From: an uncultured Nitrospiraceae bacterium
GTDB taxonomy: Bacteria > Nitrospirota > Thermodesulfovibrionia > Thermodesulfovibrionales > Dissulfurispiraceae
DNA length: 64,000 nt
Assembly: GCA_963727805.1 (NCBI GenBank)
Contig: CAVSHF010000003.1
Location: forward strand, 2,048,001 to 2,112,000
Direction: 5' to 3'
This document shows, in pieces, positions 49,436-59,271 of this stretch. A model generated the notes under the pieces. The model was given only the letters and a program-made list of their open reading frames with translations. It was not told the DNA's origin and searched no databases. The number at the start of each line of letters is the position of its first letter. The stretch's first letter is position 1. The position numbers and the translations under genes are program-made.

Positions 49436-50890
49436 TTATTGAAGCTCCAGGGCGGTATAGAACTTCCTTCCCCCTCGGTTCATGAAGAGTAGGACGTTTT
49501 CTCCCTGTTTTATCTTGGCAACGATTTTATTGAAATCATTGAGGTTCGAGATGCGCTGCCTGTTGATTTCATTGATTACATCGCCCCTTCTAAGGCCTGC
49601 CTCTTCGGCCGGTGCCCCCGACTCGATATTGACGATAACCACGCCTTTTTCCTCAGCCTCGACACCAAGCTGCTTTGCGACTGCCGAACTCAGGTCCATA
49701 ACGCGCACTCCAGCGAGGGCGTTTTCATATAAATCCCTCCCCTGCGAAGATCCTGCCTTCGCATCAACCCCCTCGGCAGGCAGCTCCACGACGGTCGCTG
49801 TTACCGTCATCTCCTTATCCCGCCGCAATATCTTGACCGGCACCTGAGAGCCCACTGTGCTCTGTGCGACCACATTCCTCAACAAGCCCACGTCCTGGAC
49901 TTTTTTCCCACTGTATTCAAGAATAATGTCTCCCCTCACAATACCCGCCCGCTGAGCAGGACCTCCTCGGGCAACGTCGCTTACAAGCACGCCTTCAGAA
50001 TATTTCAGACCAAATTGCTGAGCCAATTCAGGGGTGAGCTCCTGTATGGTTACGCCGAGCCATCCCCTCGTCACCTTTCCGGTCTTGATGAGCTGTTCCA
50101 TCACAATCTTTACCATATTACTCGGCACAGCAAAACCGATGCCCTGATAGCCTCCAGTCTTGGAGAAGATGGCAGTATTGATGCCGACCAGTTCTCCCTT
50201 GATATTCACTAAGGGGCCACCCGAATTACCTGGGTTGATGGCGGCATCGGTCTGAATGAAATCCTCGTAATCGGCGATGCCCACATCCGCCCTGCCCACG
50301 GCACTAACGATCCCCATAGTAACCGTATGGCTCAGCAGGAACGGATTCCCGATAGCAAGCACGAATTCGCCAACCTGTAATTTCTCGGCGTCCCCCCACG
50401 GAATGGTCGGGAGGTCACGCGCATCGATCTGTATAATCGCAATATCAGTCTTTGAGTCGGTCCCTATGATCCGTGCCTTAAAGCTCCGCTTGTCATACAG
50501 GGTGACCTTGATCTCGCTTGACTGTTCGATAACATGGTTATTTGTTACGATATATCCGTCGGACGAAACAATGACGCCCGAGCCGAGGCTCTGCTCTTTA
50601 AATTTCCGCGATTTCCCATCAGGGAAGGGGTAGAAATTGTCAAAAAATTCATCATAAGGAGCCTGCTGACGCTTCACAATTTTCGTGCTCGAGATGTTTA
50701 CAACAGCCGGCGATACGGCCTTGACGATCTCTGAAAAAGCCCTACTCGTTTCCTCGATATGGGCTGGTATGCGGGGCGCGAACGGCCGGTATATGGGACG
50801 TCCAACGGTGCTCAGGAGATAGTAAGTAATCCCTCCAAGCAGAAAACCAACGAGGAGAATAGCAGGAATCCAAAATAATTTTTTCTTCAT
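49436..50890 (-). CDS. DegP/DegQ (HtrA) serine endoprotease
   Basis: TNNHVI, TDIAI, INPGNSGGPL triad motifs; two PDZ domains. Confidence 0.95.
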   Translation of the reverse strand: MKKKLFWIPAILLVGFLLGGITYYLLSTVGRPIYRPFAPRIPAHIEETSRAFSEIVKAVSPAVVNISSTKIVKRQQAPYDEFFDNFYPFPDGKSRKFKEQSLGSGVIVSSDGYIVTNNHVIEQSSEIKVTLYDKRSFKARIIGTDSKTDIAIIQIDARDLPTIPWGDAEKLQVGEFVLAIGNPFLLSHTVTMGIVSAVGRADVGIADYEDFIQTDAAINPGNSGGPLVNIKGELVGINTAIFSKTGGYQGIGFAVPSNMVKIVMEQLIKTGKVTRGWLGVTIQELTPELAQQFGLKYSEGVLVSDVARGGPAQRAGIVRGDIILEYSGKKVQDVGLLRNVVAQSTVGSQVPVKILRRDKEMTVTATVVELPAEGVDAKAGSSQGRDLYENALAGVRVMDLSSAVAKQLGVEAEEKGVVIVNIESGAPAEEAGLRRGDVINEINRQRISNLNDFNKIVAKIKQGENVLLFMNRGGRKFYTALELQ

Positions 50891-50894
50891 TGGT

Positions 50895-52841
50895 TTATTT
50901 TAGCACGAATTTTCTTATATCCCCAATCCTCAGGGTGATTTTGTTTGAATCAAGATATTCGAGGAGGGGAAGCGCGTATTTTCGCGTCGTCCCGAGCAGG
51001 TCCCTGAATTCTGCCACCGTCATCTCGGGCTTTTTCGCATAAAACCCCTTGAGCAGGGCGATCAGCCGGTCGTACTGCTCTTTTGCTATGTATGTGGCGT
51101 CATTGATTCTGACAAGAGCATCTTCCTGTGTCAGAAGCTTGAGCAAATCGCCAGCCTCTTTTTCGTTAATCGAGAAGGCCTGTGCCAGCTCGGTCTTAGA
51201 TGGGGACTGGAACCCGTCTTTGTTCAGTGCAGAAATGATCTTATCTTTCATTCCTTCGTCTGCCGTCGTAAGAGAGACCTTAAATTTCCTGAGCCTGACG
51301 ATATCCTTATCGAGCGCGATCTCCTCGATTCTGGGAAGGAGATCGAATATTTCGTCCCCACCGGTGCCTTCACTCTTTAATCGCGCCTTTAATTCCTCTT
51401 TCGGCATGCCGCTCTTCAGTGGGTTTTCGGAGTGGAATTGCTGCAAAAATGATTTCAGGATATCAACAAAAGTACCGAAACTCTCTTTATGGAAAAGCGT
51501 GTCATGGCTTCTTATGAGAATGCCTTTCCCAGCGAGCCTATCGATCGTCGATGCTACCTCGGGAAGATTTACATGGAACCAGCCCTCTATCTGCGAAATC
51601 TTGCAGCCCTGATACCTAAACCTCTTTACAAGGGCCCCAATCCTTTCCGAAATTGTCCCCTTTTCAAAAAGCTCAAGGTCATCGGTGCCTATCTTTTTCT
51701 TACGTCTGACCGGATGGGGGTCAAGTATCTCGCCGCCGCCGATGGTCTCGAGAGGAGAAAATCTTCTGATAATATAACGGTCGCCCGACAACACAACCAC
51801 GGGATTTTCGAGCCTGAACTGGCAATAACAAGATTCTCGGGCCTTCACCTCGTCGGTTCCATAAATGATTATGCGGGCAATTGTCTCCGCGGTCCCGGCA
51901 TAGAAATGTACCCTGCTCCTGCTCTTGACGGTGGGAGCATCCCTGAGCATTTCAAGCTTGGCATCGATCATATGTGTTGGAACGAACCTATCGGGAGCGA
52001 CCACTACATCACCCCTATTGAGGAGTTCGCGGTCGACGCCCTGGAGGTTAAGCCCTATTCTTTGGCCGGCATAAGCTTTGTCAACACCCCTGCCATGTGT
52101 CTGAAGTCCCCTTACCTTGCTTTTGATTCCTGAAGGGAGTATCTCAACTGGGCTGTCGAGGGTGATCGTTCCTGAAAGCGCAGTGCCGGTGACAACTGTG
52201 CCGAACCCCTTTAGAGTGAATACCCTGTCGATGGGGAGCCTGAAGATACCGTCGATAAGCTTCGGTTTTACGGTGACGGCGAGATCGCGTATTTTCTTTT
52301 TCAGGAGATCAAGATTAAGCCCACTTTTGCATGATGCGGGGATGATCTCAGCGCCTTCGAGAAAAGTGCCTTTCACAAAGTTTCGTGCATCTTCGGTCAC
52401 AAGCGCAAGCCAGTCATCGTCGACGAGATCGGCCTTTGTGATTACCACAATGCCAGCCTTAATCCTGAGAAGCTCGCATATGGCGAGATGCTCCCGGCTT
52501 TGCGGCATCACTCCTTCATCGGCAGCGATAACGAGAAGAACAATATCGATTCCGCCGGCGCCTGCAAGCATGTTTTTGATAAGGCGCTCATGGCCCGGCA
52601 CATCGACAATACCAACAATGAGATTGGCATCAGGGTATGAGAGATTGGCAAAGCCAAGATCGATAGTGATTCCACGCTCCTTTTCCTCTTTCAGACGGTC
52701 GGGGTCTACGCCGGTCAAGGCTTTGACAAGTGAGCTTTTCCCATGATCGATATGGCCTGCTGTCCCAAGAATGACGCTCTTCATTGAAGTACTGACGGCT
52801 GAAGCATTCTGGGGAGAGGAGCTAGTCTTCCCTGCACCCAT
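50895..52841 (-). CDS. selB: Selenocysteine-specific elongation factor
   Basis: [18 protein letters not shown]-terminal [13 protein letters not shown] winged helix; start is 52841 (coupled to the hisH stop) or 52784. Confidence 0.95.
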   Translation of the reverse strand: MGAGKTSSSPQNASAVSTSMKSVILGTAGHIDHGKSSLVKALTGVDPDRLKEEKERGITIDLGFANLSYPDANLIVGIVDVPGHERLIKNMLAGAGGIDIVLLVIAADEGVMPQSREHLAICELLRIKAGIVVITKADLVDDDWLALVTEDARNFVKGTFLEGAEIIPASCKSGLNLDLLKKKIRDLAVTVKPKLIDGIFRLPIDRVFTLKGFGTVVTGTALSGTITLDSPVEILPSGIKSKVRGLQTHGRGVDKAYAGQRIGLNLQGVDRELLNRGDVVVAPDRFVPTHMIDAKLEMLRDAPTVKSRSRVHFYAGTAETIARIIIYGTDEVKARESCYCQFRLENPVVVLSGDRYIIRRFSPLETIGGGEILDPHPVRRKKKIGTDDLELFEKGTISERIGALVKRFRYQGCKISQIEGWFHVNLPEVASTIDRLAGKGILIRSHDTLFHKESFGTFVDILKSFLQQFHSENPLKSGMPKEELKARLKSEGTGGDEIFDLLPRIEEIALDKDIVRLRKFKVSLTTADEGMKDKIISALNKDGFQSPSKTELAQAFSINEKEAGDLLKLLTQEDALVRINDATYIAKEQYDRLIALLKGFYAKKPEMTVAEFRDLLGTTRKYALPLLEYLDSNKITLRIGDIRKFVLK

Positions 52842-53482
52842 TATCCGCGTCCCGTTACAAAGGCATTGAACCCCTTAAGAATTTTTAGTCCAGTCTCCTG
52901 GCTTTTCTCCGGATGGAACTGGGTCGCAAAAACATTGTCCTTCCAGATCATCGAACAGAAATCGATACCGTACTCCGTCTTGGCTGCTACGATGCTTCCA
53001 TCAGTTGGCACTACATAAAACGAATGGACAAAATAGAAATACGAATTGTCCGGGATCTCTCCGAAGATGGGCGGTCTTCTCTCCAGCTTCGCGGTATTCC
53101 ATCCCATGTGAGGAATCTTCAATTTTCCCTCCTGAGATTCGGGGATTGAGTCGAAATTAAAACGCGTAACTTTCCCCGAGAAAAGGTCGAGGCCCCTGCA
53201 GGCGCCGAACTCTTCCGACTCCGTGAAGAGGAGTTGAAGCCCGAGACAGATGCCGAGAAAAGGCTTCCCCTTTCTTATCTCGGTTAAAATGACATCGATA
53301 AGGCTCAGCTTGTCGAGATTCGCCATACAGTCCCTGAAGGCGCCGACACCGGGGAGCACGATGCCTTGTGCATCGGCAATAATCTTCGGGTCAGCCGTTA
53401 TCCTCACATCAGCGCCAACTTTCAGGAATCCTTTCTCGACACTCCTGATATTTCCCATGCCGTAGTCTATGATAGCTATCAT
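52841..53482 (-). CDS. hisH: Imidazole glycerol phosphate synthase glutaminase subunit
   Basis: MIAIIDYGMGN, LPGVGAF, GICLGLQ, PHMGWN, QFHPEKS. Confidence 0.95.
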   Translation of the reverse strand: MIAIIDYGMGNIRSVEKGFLKVGADVRITADPKIIADAQGIVLPGVGAFRDCMANLDKLSLIDVILTEIRKGKPFLGICLGLQLLFTESEEFGACRGLDLFSGKVTRFNFDSIPESQEGKLKIPHMGWNTAKLERRPPIFGEIPDNSYFYFVHSFYVVPTDGSIVAAKTEYGIDFCSMIWKDNVFATQFHPEKSQETGLKILKGFNAFVTGRG

Positions 53483-53596
53483 GGATTCCATTTTAACACA
53501 GCAAAAAGAGTTTTACGAAATTAGCACTCTGCGCTACATGAGGAAGGGCAAAAATCCGCGTCACTGAGTACAATATGGGCTTCTAACCAAGCATCG

Positions 53597-54205
53597 TCAA
53601 TGACCAGCAGTGTCGCCCCATAACTCCTTGAGCCGTTGGTCACGACCACACACGGTCCGGTAATATTTGTAACGGATTGGGTTTTTCTTGTAATAGTGCT
53701 GATGATAATCCTCAGCCGGGTAGAACTCTGTCGCTGCAACAATCTCGGTTACAATCGGGTCTTTCAAGGTCTTGTTCTTCTCCAATAGTTCCCTTGATTG
53801 CAGTGCCAAACGCCTCTGGTCATCATTGTGATAAAAGATGGCACTGCGATATTGGCGCCCCGAATCACAGAACTGCCGGTCCTTGGCGGTTGGGTCGATG
53901 TTGTGCCAGAAGACTTCCAGGAGCTTCTCATAACTCACGCGCGTCGGATCATAGATGACCTGAATCGACTCGGCGTGCCCTGTCCCTCCGGCGGAAACCT
54001 CTTTGTAAGTGGGGTTCTTTTTCTCTCCCCCAGTGTAGCCGGAAGTAACTGAAACCACACCCGGAATCTGGTCGAAGGGGTGCTCCATGCACCAAAAGCA
54101 ACCACCCGCAAAGGTCGCCTTATCAAGATTGGTTGCAGCTACAACCACCGTAGCAGCGAAAATCAACGTTGAAAATCCTATCATGGTAATAAAGAGCGTT
54201 TTCAT
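53597..54205 (-). CDS. msrA: Peptide-methionine (S)-S-oxide reductase, exported
   Basis: FAGGCFWC, GHAE, FYPAEDYHQ; N-terminal signal peptide. Confidence 0.95.
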   Translation of the reverse strand: MKTLFITMIGFSTLIFAATVVVAATNLDKATFAGGCFWCMEHPFDQIPGVVSVTSGYTGGEKKNPTYKEVSAGGTGHAESIQVIYDPTRVSYEKLLEVFWHNIDPTAKDRQFCDSGRQYRSAIFYHNDDQRRLALQSRELLEKNKTLKDPIVTEIVAATEFYPAEDYHQHYYKKNPIRYKYYRTVCGRDQRLKELWGDTAGH

Positions 54206-54653
54206 AGGGGTTCCTCCCTCATCATTAGATCATTTGCCGGTTGTCACGAACTAATGGGCCGTATTGATCCTTTCGTTTGATAAATCCTCAAAGACCCGGT
54301 AATAAGTGCATTAGAATACGGTTGTGAATTTCCTTTTTTTGACGTGCGCATCGTATAGAGATTATCACGATGGAAATGGAGTTACAACTCTAGCCGGTAA
54401 ACTGTCTCAGATACATCCTGACATAGCAAAAAGCGACAACATAGGTTCAATGGTAAACAAGTAACTGCTGCAGTTTGCACTCAGAGGCTCAAACAGTCAT
54501 TTATAATCACCGAATCTCGATAGGACGAATAACGAAAAGAGAATGAGAAAAAGGCAGATTGGAATAATAGAGCAGACTCATCGAAGTAGAAGAGGGCAGC
54601 ACCGGTCACGATAGAGAGAGAGTTGCTCACTGGGTTGCCTTGAGCGGAGCTGC

Positions 54654-56009
54654 CTATACTTTCAAGCCTATCTGTTTCTGAATAACAGCGGCGATCTCTT
54701 CTGCTATCGTCTTTGTCAACCCATGCTCCTCGCCCTCGACCATGACCCTGATCTTGGGTTCTGTCCCCGACGGCCGCACCAGTATTCTTCCTTTGTCGCC
54801 GAGCTTCCGGCTGCAGGAGTCGATGACCTTCACGATATCGGGATAGTCCCCATACTTTTTCCCCTTCGAAACAACGACATTCAAAAGAGCCTGGGGGTAG
54901 AGCTCAATGCCCTCAGCCAGTTCGGAAAGCATCCGGTTTTTCTTGCGCATTAAATAGAGTATCTGAAGAGCCGTGATCGGCCCGTCTCCGGTGGTATTGT
55001 AATCCGAAAAAATCATATGCCCTGACTGTTCCCCTCCCAAGTTGTACCCACCTCTGATCATCTCCTCCACAACATAGCGGTCGCCAACCTTCGTTCTTGT
55101 AAGCGTAATGCCGAGGCCAGCCAGGTATTTTTCAAGTCCGAGGTTGCTCATGACCGTAGCCACAACACAGTCTCCTTTCAGCCTGCCTTCCCGCTTCATC
55201 TCAGCGGCGCATATCCCCATCACAACGTCACCGTCGATTATATTAGCTTTCTCATCGACAAAGAGGGTCCTGTCAGCATCTCCGTCATGGGCGATTCCAA
55301 TATGCGCTCCAGCGTACTTGACTTTCTGTGCAAGCTGATCCAAATGCAGTGACCCGCAATTCAGATTGATGTTCAGACCATTAGGCTCATCGTTGATAGA
55401 GATGACCTCCGCCCCAAGCTCTTGCAGCAGCTTCGGTGTAATCTTGTATGCTGCCCCGTTGGCGGTATCAACAACAACTTTAAGACCCTCTAAATCGATC
55501 CCCCTTGGGATGGAGGATTTTATATACTCGATATACCGGCCTGAAGCGTCGTCTAGACGGAAAGCCTTGCCGATTCTTTCTCCCGTCGGTTTCCGGGAGG
55601 GGAAATTTTCATCCAGTACAAGCTGTTCGATTTCTTTTTCGAGATCGTCCGAAAGTTTGAAGCCCCCCGCCGAGAATATCTTGATTCCATTGTCCTCAAA
55701 GGGATTATGGGAAGCAGAAATTGCGACTCCCGCGTCGAGCCTAAGTGCCCTTGTGAGAAAAGCGATCCCCGGCGTCGGCATGGGACCGATCAGTGTCACG
55801 TTCATACCCATCGAGCAGATGCCCGCAGTCAGTGCGCTCTCGATCAGGTACCCTGACAACCTTGTGTCCTTGCCAATCAGCACCTCGTTCCTTCCATGGT
55901 CGTCCCTGACCACCAAAGCAATAGCCATGCCCACGCGTAAAACATTCTCCGGCGTCATAGGTGAGCGGTTGACCTTCCCCCTTATCCCATCGGTACCAAA
56001 AAGTTTCAT
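54654..56009 (-). CDS. glmM: Phosphoglucosamine mutase
   Basis: FGTDGIRG, ISASHNP, DGDADR, GGEQSGH, RPSGTEP. Confidence 0.97.
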   Translation of the reverse strand: MKLFGTDGIRGKVNRSPMTPENVLRVGMAIALVVRDDHGRNEVLIGKDTRLSGYLIESALTAGICSMGMNVTLIGPMPTPGIAFLTRALRLDAGVAISASHNPFEDNGIKIFSAGGFKLSDDLEKEIEQLVLDENFPSRKPTGERIGKAFRLDDASGRYIEYIKSSIPRGIDLEGLKVVVDTANGAAYKITPKLLQELGAEVISINDEPNGLNINLNCGSLHLDQLAQKVKYAGAHIGIAHDGDADRTLFVDEKANIIDGDVVMGICAAEMKREGRLKGDCVVATVMSNLGLEKYLAGLGITLTRTKVGDRYVVEEMIRGGYNLGGEQSGHMIFSDYNTTGDGPITALQILYLMRKKNRMLSELAEGIELYPQALLNVVVSKGKKYGDYPDIVKVIDSCSRKLGDKGRILVRPSGTEPKIRVMVEGEEHGLTKTIAEEIAAVIQKQIGLKV

Positions 56010-56660
56010 TTATTCTATTCTCCCTATTACTACTTTAACCGTCACATCAGTTGTTTTTAGCCTCACGTTCTTTCCGTTGGCATCGACACGCACATTCTGA
56101 GAGATATCGGCATCGAGACCGGTCACATCGAGCGGCTCGGTCCGCAGTGCCGCAAGTCGCGTCATTTCAGTAGTAGCCCCTTCGACAGATACCATGGCAG
56201 GATTGACAGTAATCTTTTTTATTTCATAACCCCTTGCAGGCATCCCTACGATATAGGGCTTAACCTGCACCGCTCTCAACAGCGATTCATCAAGAGTGAC
56301 CTTTACGAACGTGGGCTCGGTTCTCAATATTTTAATATTCTTGGTGACTTTTACATCGTTGATGTCGAAGTAGTAACTTGCTTCACCCGCTTTACCGTTC
56401 GACAGGTCGACAACCACCCGAATGTCAGAAGGTTTGAGCCCGTTCAGAATACTTTCATGCCCACGGATATTGATGGTCACCTTTTTGATATTCTGCCTGA
56501 GTATTTCGAGTCCCTGGGGCACATTCTTGAATTCGAGCTGTGCTTCGACCGTCGTCTCTGACTGGCCGCGGTAAGTGACAAAAAACCAGAGCGACACAGC
56601 AATGGCGACCGAAAGGAGCTTGAAGCCAATGTTCCCGTAAGGCGTTTCTTTCAATTTCAC
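56010..56660 (-). CDS. cdaR: CdaR (YbbR-domain) regulator
   Basis: TM KLLSVAIAVSLWFFV, YbbR-like repeats; lies between cdaA and glmM; GTG start 56660. Confidence 0.85.
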   Translation of the reverse strand: MKLKETPYGNIGFKLLSVAIAVSLWFFVTYRGQSETTVEAQLEFKNVPQGLEILRQNIKKVTINIRGHESILNGLKPSDIRVVVDLSNGKAGEASYYFDINDVKVTKNIKILRTEPTFVKVTLDESLLRAVQVKPYIVGMPARGYEIKKITVNPAMVSVEGATTEMTRLAALRTEPLDVTGLDADISQNVRVDANGKNVRLKTTDVTVKVVIGRIE

Positions 56661-56673
56661 TTCTGATTCTCCA

Positions 56674-57477
56674 TCATTTCTTTTTAAAAAACCTAACCTT
56701 TTGTGCAACGGTTTTCGATTTCTTTTGTACCGTAAAAAGCTCGGTAAGAACGTCTCGCAGCGTCCCCAGATCAAGGGGAGAATTCAGCTTGCCGTCCATC
56801 GCCATCGAGACTGTCCCGGTTTCCTCCGAAACAACAATAGCGACGGAATCAGTCTCTTCGGTGATGGCGATACCAGCTCTGTGCCTTGTTCCAAACGCCT
56901 TGCTCACACCTGTGCCAAGCCTTATGGGAAGAAAGCAGCCGGCGGCAACGACCCTGTTGCCCTTGATCACCACGGCGCCGTCATGAATCGGAGAAGAGGG
57001 ATGAAAGATACTCAGGAGCAGTTCTTTCGTGACCCTCGCATCTAAAGAGGTCCCTATCTCTACGTACTCCTTCAAGCTTACCTCACGCTCGATAACGATA
57101 AGTGCTCCGATCTTCCTGTTCGCCAGCGCAATCGAAGCCTTGACTATTTCATCGAGCGATTTGAGTTCTTCTGCCGAGGTGAAGCTCTGAAGTAAAGGAG
57201 ACTGCCCCATCTGGGCGAGTGCCCTCCTAATCTCGGGTTGGAAGAGGACAATGACCGCTATAACTAGCTGGGACCAGAAACTCTGGATAAGCCAGTCGAT
57301 AGTATAGAGCTGAAGATATTTCGCGAGAAAAAGGGCGATAAGCAGAAAACTGAAGCCGACAAGCATCCTCGCGGCTATGGTCCCCTTGATAAGCACGAGC
57401 ATCCGATACAGGATTATTGAGACCAGAACGATATCGACAATATCCTGCCATCTGAGCTGTCTCAATAAATCTATCAA
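56674..57477 (-). CDS. cdaA: Diadenylate cyclase CdaA
   Basis: Three TM helices, FQPEIRRAL, PIHDGAV (DGA), GTRHRA (RHR), VSEETG. Confidence 0.96.
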   Translation of the reverse strand: MIDLLRQLRWQDIVDIVLVSIILYRMLVLIKGTIAARMLVGFSFLLIALFLAKYLQLYTIDWLIQSFWSQLVIAVIVLFQPEIRRALAQMGQSPLLQSFTSAEELKSLDEIVKASIALANRKIGALIVIEREVSLKEYVEIGTSLDARVTKELLLSIFHPSSPIHDGAVVIKGNRVVAAGCFLPIRLGTGVSKAFGTRHRAGIAITEETDSVAIVVSEETGTVSMAMDGKLNSPLDLGTLRDVLTELFTVQKKSKTVAQKVRFFKKK

Positions 57478-57490
57478 TGCCCCTCCTTTA

Positions 57491-58159
57491 TTAAGAAGAG
57501 ATGATGTCCTTGTTGATCTTGAAGTTCATCCTCGCCTTAGCCCCCTCGACAAAAGACCGGAGTGCCGCATTACGCTTGTTGTATAGAGCCATCTGTTTTA
57601 TCATCGCTGCTTTTGTTGGGTCCGCCTGAGTCCCCGCGAGATCAATCTCGTTGATATCCACGCTTGAAATGATAAGCTTTCTCATTTTATCCACGGCAAG
57701 TTGGTCGCGAAGCATGCCTTCGTACATATCGGGAGTAAGCCTGTTCATTGTAAGAGTCCTCAGATAGATGTCCTTCTTGAAGACCCCATCACGCCTGAAC
57801 CGTGGATCATTGATAATAGTTTGCTGAAGGTCTTCGTCCGAAGCGGTCAACCCAAGTTCCCTCGCTGAAATGAGCAGTACGCGCTCTTCGAGAAGCCCAT
57901 TGAGGACCATTTGCTTGAGGTTCAGCTTCTTCTCAATCTCATCGAAGGGCTGATCCTTATAAAGCTCCCGGTAGGTGTCCCTGGTTCTCTCGTAAGCCCT
58001 CCAGAACTCTTCGATGGTAATCTTTTCCTTTCCGATCTCCACGACAGTCTCCGTGGTCGACTTGTCCTTTGTGCCAACACCCCAAAAGATAAAAGTGATG
58101 ATCACGATAAAAAAGAGCACATAAAAATACCGCGCATGCTTGCGCATGGATTGTAGCAT
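57491..58159 (-). CDS. SurA N-terminal-domain membrane chaperone (PpiD-like, no PPIase domain)
   Basis: MLQSMRK...FIFWGVG anchor; F..DGVF...Y motif. Confidence 0.8.
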   Translation of the reverse strand: MLQSMRKHARYFYVLFFIVIITFIFWGVGTKDKSTTETVVEIGKEKITIEEFWRAYERTRDTYRELYKDQPFDEIEKKLNLKQMVLNGLLEERVLLISARELGLTASDEDLQQTIINDPRFRRDGVFKKDIYLRTLTMNRLTPDMYEGMLRDQLAVDKMRKLIISSVDINEIDLAGTQADPTKAAMIKQMALYNKRNAALRSFVEGAKARMNFKINKDIISS

Positions 58160-58181
58160 TTTCTATCCTCCCTCTAAAAAG

Positions 58182-58424
58182 TCACTGCTTTTCGCTGTTC
58201 TCTACCCTTATCTCAACGTTCTTTTCGGGCACGATCGTTGAAATGGCATGCTTATATATGAGTTGATCAGTTACATCTTTAAGAAGGACAACGAAATTGT
58301 CAAAGCCTTTGATGACACCCTTCAGCCTCACTCCGTTGGTGAGAAACATGACGACCGGTATCCTGTCCTTGCGCAGTTGATTGAGAAAAAGGTCCTGAAG
58401 ATTTTGATTCCTAATCTCTGGCAT
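58182..58424 (-). CDS. hfq: RNA chaperone Hfq
   Basis: [37 protein letters not shown] 58424. Confidence 0.96.
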   Translation of the reverse strand: MPEIRNQNLQDLFLNQLRKDRIPVVMFLTNGVRLKGVIKGFDNFVVLLKDVTDQLIYKHAISTIVPEKNVEIRVENSEKQ

Positions 58425-58666
58425 AGATTCTTCGCTCCTCCTTTCCCCGAAAAACGTTTTCCTGCATTGCCTGATATACAGGAAAAAACATGCATGTCTC
58501 ACAGGTGTTCGTTTTATAACATAAATGATTTTACTCAATAATTCAAGCTCTCGGTTCCTCTGTGGTATAATGAAAATGCAGGCCTGCGAACAGGCCCCGG
58601 AATAGGGTTATCGGTCTTCCAATGGCCTTTCCCTATCGTTAATCTCAACCGAAACGGAGAAGAAAT

Positions 58667-58870
58667 ATGCCGATTTTTGAATATACATGCACCTCGTGTG
58701 GTCTCGAGTTCGAGAAGCTCGTTTTTGGAAATACGACCGTCTCATGCCCCAATTGCACCTCCGGAGAAGTGGCAAAAAAATTCTCACTTTTCGGCATGAG
58801 CGGCGGTGAAAAGCAGACCGCATCGGGATGCTCTACTTGCAGTTCCGGCTCCTGCAGTTCCTGTAAATAA
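58667..58870 (+). CDS. FmdB-family zinc-ribbon protein
   Basis: MPIFEYTCTSCG..FE, CPNC, Cys-rich tail CSTCSSGSCSSC. Confidence 0.9.
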   Translation: MPIFEYTCTSCGLEFEKLVFGNTTVSCPNCTSGEVAKKFSLFGMSGGEKQTASGCSTCSSGSCSSCK

Positions 58871-58956
58871 AAACTGTCTTCACGGCTGTTGACCTGCACG
58901 TTTCGATACAGGCAAACTATAATCAGATCATCAATGTTCGTTTAAATCGAAAAACC

Positions 58957-59271
58957 GTGGACGACAATGGAATTAAATTAAGCGAAGGCCTTGAAGAGAA
59001 GGTCCGACAGGAGACGAAGGAGCCCTCGCTCTATAGAGTCATTCTGCTGAATGATAATTATACGACCATGGACTTCGTCATTCGTGTTCTCGAAACCGTA
59101 TTCAACAAACCGCCGGCTGAGGCAACCCAGATTATGCTAAGCGTTCACAAGAAGGGGACCGGCCTATGCGGAGTATACACGCGGGAAATCGCCGAGATGA
59201 AGGTAATCACCGTCCATGACCTGGCCAGTCAAAGCGGATTCCCCCTTAAATGTATTATGGAGAAGGAATGA
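58957..59271 (+). CDS. clpS: Clp protease adaptor ClpS
   Basis: YRVILLNDNYTTMDFV, MLSVHKKG, FPLKC. Confidence 0.95.
   Translation: MDDNGIKLSEGLEEKVRQETKEPSLYRVILLNDNYTTMDFVIRVLETVFNKPPAEATQIMLSVHKKGTGLCGVYTREIAEMKVITVHDLASQSGFPLKCIMEKE

Noticed and set aside
53521..53547. TTAGCACTC, a CIRCE left arm, upstream of hisH
   Set aside because: The right arm GAGTGCTAA is absent at 9-nt spacing; half-site only
50895..54205. Selenoproteins, tRNA-Sec or SECIS near selB
   Set aside because: MsrA and the thioredoxin reductase use Cys codons; no in-frame UGA at a catalytic position and no tRNA-Sec found
17893..54253. GTTGTCACGAA[T/C]TA shared by two intergenic regions (17893 and 54240)
   Set aside because: Only two copies, at inconsistent distances from genes; could be chance
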